Shown: positions 1 to 10,800 of the stretch, piece after piece
How the letters are laid out: the number at the start of each line of letters is the position of its first letter
How positions within the stretch are numbered: position 1 is the first letter of the stretch
NCBI RefSeq assembly: GCF_046119375.1
Contig: NW_027362767.1
Location: 39,494,001 to 39,558,000, forward strand
Reading direction: 5' to 3'
Length of the DNA: 64,000 bases
Origin: Phyllobates terribilis
Lineage: Eukaryota
Position numbers and translations under genes: made by a program
Notes under the pieces: model-generated
What the model saw: the letters and a program-made list of their open reading frames with translations, nothing else
Told to the model about the DNA's origin: nothing
Databases searched by the model: none

Positions 1-70
1 GTGACGCGCATGAGCAGTCTATAAAGGTTTCAGACAGAGACACGCATCCCCGGTTATATTATAGAGAGAG

Positions 71-95
71 ATATATATATATATATATATATATA
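71..95. repeat. (AT)n microsatellite flanking the Tc1 element
   Basis: Directly visible. A second (TA)n run follows the right end of the element (about 1729-1742). Confidence 0.85.
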
Positions 96-1726
96 CAGTA
101 CAGACCAAACGTTTGGACACACCTTCTGATTTAAAGATTTTTCTGTATTTTCTTGACTATAAAAATTGTACATTCACACTGAAGGCATCAAAACTATGAA
201 TTACCACATGTGGAATTATATACTTAACAAAAAAGTGTGAAACAACCAAAAATATGTCTTATATTCTAGGTTCTTCAAAATAGCCACCTTTTGCTTTGAT
301 GACTGCTTTGCACACTCTTGGCATTCTCTTGATGAGCTTCAAGAGGTAGTCAGCGGAAATGGTCTTCCAAAAATCTTGAAGGAGTTCCCAGAGATGCTTA
401 GCACTTGTTGGCCCTTTTGCCTTCACTCTGCGGTCCAGCTCACCCCAAACCATCTCGATTGGGTTCAGGTCTGGTGACTGTGGAGGCCAGGTCATCTGGC
501 GCAGCCCCCCATCACTCTCACTCTTGGTCAAATAGCCCTTACACAGCCTGGAGGTGTGTTTGGGGTCATTGTCCTGTTGAAAAATAAATGATGGTCCAAC
601 TAAACGCAAACCAGATGGAATAGCATGCCTCTGCAAGATGCTGTGGTAGCCATGCTGGTTCAGTATGCCTTCAATTTTGAATAAATCCCCAACAGTGTCA
701 CCAGCAAAGCCCCCTCACACCATCACACCTCCTCCTCCATGCTTCACGGTGGGAACCAGGCATGTAGAGTCCATCCGTTCACCTTTTCTGCGTCGCACAA
801 AGACACGGTGGTTGGAACCAAAGATCTCAAATTTGGACTCATCAGACCAAAGCACAGATTTCCACTGGTCTAATGTCCATTCCTTGTGTTCTTTAGCAGA
901 AACAAGTCTCTTCTGCTTGTTGCCTGTCCTTAGCAGTGGTTTCCTAGCAGCTATTTTACCATGAAGGCCTGCTGCACAAAGTCTCCTCTTAACAGTTGTT
1001 GTAGATGTGTGTCTGCTGCTAGAACTCTGTGTGGCATTGACCTGGTCTCTAATCTGAGCTGCTGTTAACCTGCGATTTCTGAGGCTGGTGACTCGGATAA
1101 ACTTATCCTCAGAAGCAGAGGTGACTCTTGGTCTTCCTTTCCTGGGGCTGTCCTCATTTGAGCCAGTTACTTTGTAGCGCTTGATGGTTTTTGCAACTGC
1201 ACTTGGGGACACTTTCAAAGTTTGCCCAATTTTTCGCACTGACTGACCTTCATTTCTTAAAGTAATGATGGTCACTCGTTTTTCTTTACTTAGCTGCTTT
1301 TTTCTTGCCATAATAAAAATTCTAACAGTCTGTTCAGTAGGACTATCAGCTGTGTATCCACCAGACTTCTGCACAACACAAACTGATGGTCCCAACCCCA
1401 TTTATAAGGCAAGAAATCCCACTTATTAAACCTGACAGGGCACACCTGTGAAGTGAAAACCATTTCCGGTGACTACCTCTTGAAGCTCATCAAGAGAATG
1501 CCAAAAGTGTGCAAAGAAGTCATCAAATCAAAAGGTGGCTACTTTGAAGAACCTAGAACATAAGACATATTTTCAGCTGTTTCACACTTTTTTGTTAAGT
1601 ATATAATTCCACATGTGTTAATTCATAGTTTTGATGCCTTCAGTGTGAATGTACAATTTTCAAAGTCATGAAAATACAGAAAAATCTTTAAATGAGAAGG
1701 TGTGTCCAAACTTTTGGTCTGTACTG
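96..1726 (-). mobile_element. Tc1/mariner element with a DD38E transposase (Intruder-type), nearly intact
   Basis: TIRs of about 270 bp starting CAGTACAGACCAAA (96-364 and 1458-1726), in a TA-rich site. ORF 1311-259 has one in-frame stop (717-715). Motifs are WSDE, QQDND and NPIE, with 38 residues between D2 and E. Confidence 0.93.
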
Positions 1727-1879
1727 TGTATATATATATATATTTTTTTATTTATCATGGACAACTTAGCATTTCAGAAAAGTGATTTCTAATAGAGAAA
1801 AAGCCCTTTAAAAAGTCTGATGAAAAACTTCATTATTTGCAACCTCCGCTAATAACGCAAGGAGCATTTTTGCCCTCAC

Positions 1880-4800
1880 CGGATACGGCTCCTTCTGGCA
1901 TGTCTGAGATTCTGATGATTTCCCGGTCACCCTTCAGGAAAAATATTTCGTTGTTGATACAGGAGACTGAGACGATATCCCCGGCACTTTCAAGACCTCC
2001 AACCACAGCCTGGAGGGTAAAAAAAACAACAACTTATTAGAATATGACCAGAAATAAGCAAAAAAAATACTAGGCCCGCTGACTATGTCCTCGGGTTCTG
2101 TAGCGCTCATACCTGATTGATGGTGTCTATCAGATAGATGCTGTACTCGTCCCAGCTCAGGACCCATCCGTCATGTAGGAAACAGGTCACCGGGCCCAGG
2201 TGTTTCTCAGACAGGACATATTTTGCTTGATTCGTTGTTTCCACGCGAGGATACAGCTCGAAAGATTCTAGTCCACGAGACAACACGTCCTTCAAAATGA
2301 AAGTTGACTGAACGGCTCCGTGGGCGTCCGCCTTCCAGAGGCGCAGTCCGGGCCGGGATGCGAACAAGGTAAGGTCACTTTGCTTGCAGAGGCTGGGGAT
2401 AAAGCACGCTCCGTATCTGCCATTACTGAAAGAACAAGACGATGTTACCGGAGATGTGATGAGGCTGGAAACAGTTGAGTCTCGATGACAAGTTGGCGTT
2501 TGGCCGCCGTTCACACTGCGCCAATACAGTAACAACACAGGTCTGTGACTAAAAAGCTGTTTGATTATTTTCATATAATTTCCATGTATTTTGGTGTTTT
2601 AATAACTAAAAAAAAATATATAAAAAAAAATCCTAAACGTCAGGACTTGCCACAAAGCTATAGGTTCTTCTGCAAACTCTGGTGTGAATCATCGGCTTAT
2701 TTTCTTTCCCCATTAACATGAATAGGAACTGTGTGATTGGCTGGTGGCAGTCAGGTGGTTAGTGACATAATAATGAAAGGTCCTTATGCTTTCAAGAAAC
2801 TTGCATTGGAATTTCATTCCTCAACCGTGTTTCCCCAAATTAGCGTTATGGCTTTGTGGAAACATATTAATTCGCCTGACCGTTTCTGTTTCATTTGTGG
2901 TGAATGTACAGTGTTGAAACAACAGCTGAATATTACAGACTTTGTGAAAAAAAAGTATACTTCGCATACTTCGGACTAAAACTTGGAGATCGAGATAAAG
3001 TTTGGGCGCCTCATAAAGTGTGCAAACGTTGTGTTGAGGACCTCCAAAATTGTTTCAAGGGTAAGAAAAAAAGCTTTCGCTTATGGGATTCCTATGGTAT
3101 GGCAAGAGCAAAAGAACCATAGTGACGACTGTTACTTTTGTTCATGCAATGTGAAAGGGTATAATGCCAAATGGAAGCATTCCACTTCATACCCCAATCT
3201 TCACTCAGCAATTTGTCCCATCCCCTATAGCACAGATAAACCAGTACCCAAGGCCCCTGCTACCTTGGAAGAGAGTCCTAGCTCCGATGAAGGTGGAATC
3301 ACACCTGAACCAAATGACGAATCAAGTTCTGACTTTGAAGATGATACAAGACCAACATTTTTTTTCCCCAGGAGGAGGTGAAGGATTTAGTAAGAGACTT
3401 GAATCTTCCCAAAGATGCCGCTGAGTTACTCGGATCAAGGCTCAAAAGCAGGAATTTATTGTTACCAGGAGTGTCTTTTTTATGGTTCAGACATCGTGAA
3501 AAGGAGATCGTCCCTTACTTTGCCCAGAAAGACAAGTTGGTTTATTGCAACGATGTCGAAGGTTTGAAGGGTCAATTCAAAATCCAATAAGATTCAGCGC
3601 AATGGCGTCTTTTTATAGATTATTCAAAAAGAAGTCTCAAAGCAGTTTTACTCCACAACGGCGGTTTTTACGCTTCCATCCCTGTAGGTCATTCCATACA
3701 CTTGAAGGAAACCTACGAGAACTTGGAATTGGTTCTTCGTAAACTTAAATATAAAGACCACGGTTGGCAAATGTGTGGGGATTTGTAGGTCTTGTGCATG
3801 CTGCTTGGGCAACAAGCTGGGTATACCAAATACCCTTGTTTTCTGTGTCTGTGGGACAGTCGAGACCGACAAAATCACTGGACCAAGAAAAGCTGAGGGT
3901 GCTCACAGTTGGTGAAAAAAAAAGAACGTCCTCCGAGAAACTTTGGTACCGCCCTATAAAGTTCTTCTACCACCTCTCCACATAAAATTGGGCTTGATGA
4001 AGCAATTCGTAAAATCACTTCCAAGAGATGAGGAATGCTTCAAATACTTGGTCACCAAGTTTCCAAGCCTCTTGGAGGCAAAATTGAAGGAAGGCGTGTT
4101 CATCAGACCAGACATTAGAAGGCTTATAGCTGATAAAAGAGTTAGTCAATTCCATGAAGGATCCTCAAAAAGAAGGGTGGATTGCATTTAAAGAGGTCGT
4201 AGAGAAATTTTTAGGCGATAAAAAAAGTTCCCAACTACAAAAACGGTAATTCGTCTAACCGGTGATTGTACTTCCAGAAGTCCATCTGGACAGCATCATT
4301 GAGGACGTCCTTCTTATCCTTTCAAGGACAGGAAACACAGAGAGGTTAAAAGCCTTCCCCTCCCTCCACCCCTTAGTGTTATTTCTAAGTACCACACTAG
4401 GATGGTTGCAACAAACAAACATTTTTATTACAATTCTATATGACAATGTTACTTCACACTGTATAGGACATGAAAGGGAGGGAACTAACTGTGCTGTCAG
4501 GATGGACTCCTGGAAATACAATTACCGGTAAGACTAATTACCGTTTTCCAGGATGTCCCCCTGACAGCACCATGGCGAATACCAAAGTATTGAGTTAAGG
4601 TGGGACCACCGAATGGAGAAATTTCCTACCAAAAGCCATTCTCTGACTGGCTACAACATCTGGCTTGTAATGTCTAGAAAATGTACTTAGGTTAGACCAA
4701 ATTGCAGCCATACATATCTGCTCCACCGAGGCCCCCCCTTTCTCCGCCCAAGAAGTGGCCATTGATCGAGTCGAATGAGCCCTCAACTCAACAGGAGGGG

Positions 4801-7800
4801 TCTTTCCTTCTGCCGAATAGGCTAGACCTATTGTAGACTTAATCCACCTGGCAATTGTCTTTTTTGAGGCTGTTTTACCTTTACTTCTACCCCCAAACTG
4901 GACAAACAGGTTGTGATCCTGTCTCCAACCCTGGGTGGCCTCTAAATAAGTGATGACTGCTTGTCTAACGTCCAGGGAATGGAAGAAGGCTTCTTTTTGA
5001 TTTTTAGGATTCTGACAAAAGGACGGAAGTACCACTTGCTGATTTATAGATGGTAGAAAGGATGGATCGAATCTAATAACTATTCTATCCTCATAAATCT
5101 GCAAGTACGGGTCCTTTGTGGATGCATCCCCCCCACCCTTTTAGCAGTTGTAATTGCTACCAGGAAAACGGTCTTAAATGTGAGTCTGCCTATGGTCAAG
5201 TCTTTGGACAGCTCATATGGATGTTTACAAAGAGCATTAAAGGGATATTCCCCTCTCCAAGATCCTATCCCAATAAGTAGTAGGTGTAATAATATAAATA
5301 TTAGCAAATACCTCCAATTAGAAATGTAGTATAGTTTTCCTGATTCACTATGTCTCTTTCCTCATGTGCAGGGCATTGCAGGACCTTAGGTATCCATGGT
5401 TACGACCGCTGGTATAGTGGCAGTTAGCTAGCTAGTTGCCACTGGTCATAACCATGGATACCTAAGGTCCTGCTATGCCTGAACATGAGGAAAGAGACAT
5501 AATGAATCAGAAGAACTATACTATATTTCTAATTGGAAGTATTTGCTAATATTATTGTTATGACACCTACTATATATTGGGATAGGATCTTGGAGATGGG
5601 AATACCCCTTTAAGTACAAGATTGAGGTCCCAAGGAGGAACAGATTTCTTAACCCAGGGTCTCAATCTCTGAACCGCCTTGGAAAACCTAGCTATCCAAG
5701 GATTTGCTGCCAATTGCATATCAAAGAATACGCTCAGGGCAGAGACCTGGACTCTTAGAGTACTTGGTTTTAAACCCTTGTTAAACCCGGCCTGTAAAAA
5801 ATCCAAAATCCTAGGGATATTAGGATTAGAAACATCAATAGCTGAAACTCCACATTCTGAGCAGAATTTCTTCCAAGTCTTACTATACTATATATGGCCG
5901 AGGTCACCGGTTTTCGACTCGCCTGTAGGGCTGTTATCACCTGATCAGAAAGTCCTCTGGACTTCAAGATCTGCCTCTCAGCATCCATGCTGTAAGGTGC
6001 AAACTGTCTACTTCTTGGTAGAACACAGGACCCTGATGAAGAAGGTCCTTCCTCAAAGGAAGCTGGACGGGGTCTTCCAGTGCCATCTTGGCCAATAGAG
6101 GAAACCAGCTCCTCCTAGGCCAAAAGGGCACTACCAGTATTATCCTTGCTTGCTCTTCCTGCACTTTCCTTAGTACCCTCGGTATCAGAGCTAACGGAGG
6201 GAATGCATACAACAGGCCCTCGTTCCATTACTGGGAAAGGGAATCTATTCCTTCCGGATTGTCTAGCGGATTTAGGGAGTAGAATCTCCTGACCTTGGCA
6301 TTTTCTCTGCTTGCAAAGAGGTTTATTTCTGGAGTACCCCAACGATGGGTAAGATCGAGGAAGACCTGCATATTCCGTTCCCACTCTGTGGGACAGATTC
6401 TCCGTCTGTTCAGGAAGTCTGCTATCTGATTCTGAGCCCCTGCTAAGTGGACAGCTGTTATAGATAGGGATGTTCTTTCTATCCAAAGAAACATCTTTGT
6501 AGAAAGGCTCTGCAGTAAAGGGTGTTAGGGCCTCCCTGATGCCGCAGAAAGGCAACCGCTGTTGTGTTGTCCGATAGGACTTTTATATGTCTGTTCAGAA
6601 ACAATGGTCTGTTGTGGCGGAGAACCTCCCTCACGGCTCGTAATTCCCGATAATTTGAAGCTCTTACACGAATTTCTGGGGACCACGTTCCCTGAAAGAA
6701 CTTCCCCTCTATGTGGGCGCCCCACCCTGAATGACTGGCGTCGGTGGTAATTACTATGGTTGGGGAGTGGATCCAAGATACTCCGACCTGGAGATTTTCT
6801 GGAAGTATCCACCATACTAGAGACCTTCGTACCGCTCTGGAAAGGGGCATTACTTTGTCAAAGGATATCTGATGCCTGTCCCAGGCAGACAGAACAGCTT
6901 TTTGTAGATCTCTGGCATGAAACTGGCTCCATCTGACACATGGAATGCAGGCCGTCATCAGTCCCAGGATCCTCATGGCACTTCTGATGGAGCAATGGTT
7001 CCTTGGAAACTGAACAATCTCCTTTCTCTGTGACCTCTGCTTTTCTACGGGTAGAAATGAGGTTCTTAGGCGAGAATCGAGAGTGACTCCCAGAAAGTTT
7101 TTCCTTTCCCCGGAATCTAGGTCTGATTTGTCCCAATTTATCAACCAACCCAATTTTTGGAGGGTGGAAATGGATACCCTTACATGATCTAGAAGCTCCC
7201 GACGAGACTACGCCCCCCCAGAAGGAAATCATCGAGGTAAGGAACTATGATGATTCCCAAATGTCTTAAATTGGCTACTACTACGGTTACCAGCTTTGTA
7301 AACATCTATGGAGCTGGGGCCAAACCAAAGGGAAGACATCTGAACTAAAAATGGTGGAACTGATTTCCAACTGTTATTGCAAATCTCAACTATTTCTGGT
7401 CGATGGGAGGGATGGGGACATGGTAGTATGCTTTTTGGAGGTCCAAGGTACACATCACAGCCCCTCTGTCTATCAGGGAAATGGTAGACCGAACTGACTC
7501 CATCTTGAACCGCTTGTATTTTACCCAGTGGTTTAACGGTTTTAGGTTTATTATTATTCGCGTTTCCCCGGAGGGTTTCCTGATGGAAAAAAAAAAAAAA
7601 GAGTCTTGATTAGTGTCCTTGGAACCTCTCTCCCTGGGAAACTGGACTTATGGCCCCTATTTTTAAAAGTTTCTGTACCTCCAACCACATGGGTTAAGTA
7701 CCAGAGACTGGCTGGGAATTGGTAACTGGGCAAATTCGATTCTGTATCCTGAAGATACGGTTTTTAGAATCCAAGAATTCTGCGATACTCCTTGCCAGCC

Positions 7801-10800
7801 TCTGAGGAACGACATTAGACATCCCCCTATGCGTCTGGCGTCATTGCTTTCTTGAGCCGAATCCCGAACTAAAGGGGGGCCCTCTGCCCTTGTTCCCTTT
7901 GGGGTAACTCCATCTGCCGGACTTTCCTTTACCCTTATACTCTGGTTTACGCGAGGGGCGAGGTTTATCCTCGGGAAACCCTTTGGTTTTATAGGACGCC
8001 TTTTCCAGGATGTCGTCTAATACCGGGCCCAAACACCCTATCCCCCGAAATAGGAATGGAGCATAATTTATTTTTGACTGGTTATCCCCAGACCAGGTTT
8101 TCAACCAGATAGCCCGTCTAGTTGTGTTAGACAAAGCGCTGTTTCTGGCCGCAAACCTAACAACTCCGCCGTAGCGTCGGCCATGAAACCTGTAGACATC
8201 TTAAGGAGGGGAAGGGACCTAAGAATAGATTCCCTACGAGCTTTTGATGTTAACTGCTCCTCAAGATCTTCTACCCACAAATACATTGACCTAGCTACAG
8301 AGGTGGCAGCAATATTAGTCTTTATGATAGCCGCCAACGTCTCCCAGGTCCTTTTCAGAAGGCCATCCACCTTCCTGTCTATAGGATCCTTCAGGCTGGA
8401 CGAGTCCTTGAAAGGGATTGAGGTTTTCTTGACCACCTTTGCAATGGGAACGTCGATCCTGGGAATCTCTTCCCAGGGCTTAATGTCCTCTGGCTCAAAG
8501 GGCAGGCGCAGCCTAAAGTCTTGTGGAATTACCAGTCTCTTTTCTGCATCCTTCCATTCTTCCAGGATCATGGAACGGGTGTGGTTATTTACAGGGAAGA
8601 CCCTGTTTCTCTGGAATCTTAAACCCCAAAACATCTCAATCTGCACTGTATGCAATGTCTGGGTCTCTTCCACTTGCATGGCATTTCTGATCACCTTTAG
8701 CAGCTCATCTGTGTCCGCTGCTGAGAAAGATATCTCTTTCCCTCCTCCAGTGGATCCGAAGCTACATCTTCATCCTCCTCCTCCTCAGAAGCAAAGGACT
8801 GTAATTCTTCCTCTGAGGATAGCTCCATCTCCCACCTCGGTCGTCTTGCCCGGGGTCCCGGCTGAGACATCTGGGGGGAAACCAGACCCGAGATGGAAGC
8901 CCGAACCTCCTCTCTGATGATGGACCTCATATCCGAAAGGATGGACGGTTGTTCATCCGTCACAATTTTAGCCGTGCAGCTCTCGCATATCTGTTTAAGC
9001 CATGCTTCAGGCAACCTGTAATTACATATGGGGCATCTCTTCATCTTTCCCCCCGACTTTTTATCCTTCTTTATTGTCGTTGGTGGGTTAGTGGAGCTTT
9101 TATCTTAAGATAGGGGAACAGCACTGTGATATTTAGGAGGAGAACTTTTAGACTAATTCTGGCGGATTACCCTCTCTCCCACAGATTGTCTTAAACACCA
9201 ACTCACATGTACCATTGATGATTCATGGGGTCTCTGGCTTTCCAAAATTGTCCATCTTGCAGTCTCCAGCACAGCAGGGAAGCCAAACACAGGCAAGGCG
9301 TTTTTATACTTACCTGTCTGATGACTTCCCGGCCTTTTGCGTTCCATAATGGAACGCACGCCGACTGCCACTTTAATATTGTAAATTTCGCGCCCTGTCT
9401 CGCACGCACTCCCCTGACGTCATGGGAACCAGATGCGGAGGCAGGCGCCGGAGCCGAGAGCCCTCGCCGGAGGGAAGAGACTCCTTGGTCAGGAGCAGCG
9501 CTGCACTGACCGGGCTGAGGAACCCCAGTTTGGGGGGTGTCAGCCGCAGGCTGCTTCACAGGAGGAAGGAGAGGTTCTGAGGCGCCCGATCCCCTGAGCC
9601 CGCACACAGGTACGCTCTCTGTGCACAACACCTCTCTGTTTCTATCCTCACAGGGACAGGAAAAACACAGAGGGGTGGAGGGAGGGGAAAGCTTTTCGCC
9701 TCTCTGTGTTTCCTGTCCCTGAAAGGATAAGAAGGACGTCCTCCATGGTGCTGTCAGGGGGACGTCCTGTAAAAGATTCTTGGACAAATGCTGAAAGCAT
9801 TTCAAGCTTTGGGTTGCCTGATGAGTTTGAAAGTGCATTTCCTCCATTCCCACCTTAACTACTTTCCTGAAAATTTGGGAGCTGTGAGTGAAAAGCAAAG
9901 TGAACGATTCCAGCAGGACATTAAAGAGATGGAAAGAAGATACCAGAGAAAATGGAGCATTGCAATGATGGCAGACTACTGATGGATGCTTCAGAGAGAA
10001 ATTCCAGATGCTACCCACAAATGTAAAATGTACCAAGAGCCTCACAGGGAAAAAAAAAATCGATTTTAGTAAGTGTTAGTGTGAGCTCATTTCGGTACAA
10101 AAATGATTTTCATGAAAAATTTGTAATAAAAATTAATTTTATAAGTCTATTTTCATTTATTTCGTGGTATTGCCTTATTTAACAGTTCTCTAAATTGTCA
10201 GGAAACGTGATGTCCTATGACAAAAAGGAGGTCATTTTCATATTCAGCGCACCAAAAAACAAAGATTACGTGGAATAACCAAAACAGCTCTTGAAATGTT
10301 ATTTTTTTTGCAGACCTGTGCAATCTATTCGTTTGGTTCCATGTCTGATTTGGCTTTTTAGCTCCATGCTGGCAGGTTTATGAATAAGTCTGCTGGTATA
10401 CGGTGGTACTGGAGCACAGAGATCTGCGCATGCACCCGTCAGGGAATACCATGGCTCTGCCCACAACAGTCTATTAAAAAGAAACCGCCCAGAGTCCTTT
10501 TTTAACCCTAGAGTGATGCCAGCACTGACAATCCCTCGCCAACTGAACCTATGTGATCATTTCTGGCAGTTCAGCTGTAATACACAGCAACGACTGCTGG
10601 AACCGGCAAAAACATTGACTGTTTTTTTTTTGTTTGTTTGTTTTTTAGGGGTTTTCCCATCTTCTCAATTTTAGAGCGCACCGCTCCACAGGTTGCAGGC
10701 TTCATGCTTGCCAGGGGACAGTGCGCTCCTGCTATATTGACAGTTTGGACCAGCACCGTCACAACACTGTCCCGACTAGTGCTATATGAGGCAGCTTGGT

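Larger units (their letters stand above)
2536..10320 (+). mobile_element. Chapaev3-type (CMC) DNA transposon with decayed transposase, interrupted by a DIRS element
   Basis: Termini CACAGGTCTG...CAGACCTGTG with a 3-bp TSD CAA (2533-2535, 10321-10323). Frameshifted transposase from 2848 (FCFICGE, DDCYFC, PPLHIKLGLMKQFVK) resumes after 9774 (LKVHFLHSHLNYFPENLGAVSE...ERFQQDI). Family assignment is from recall. Confidence 0.8.
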
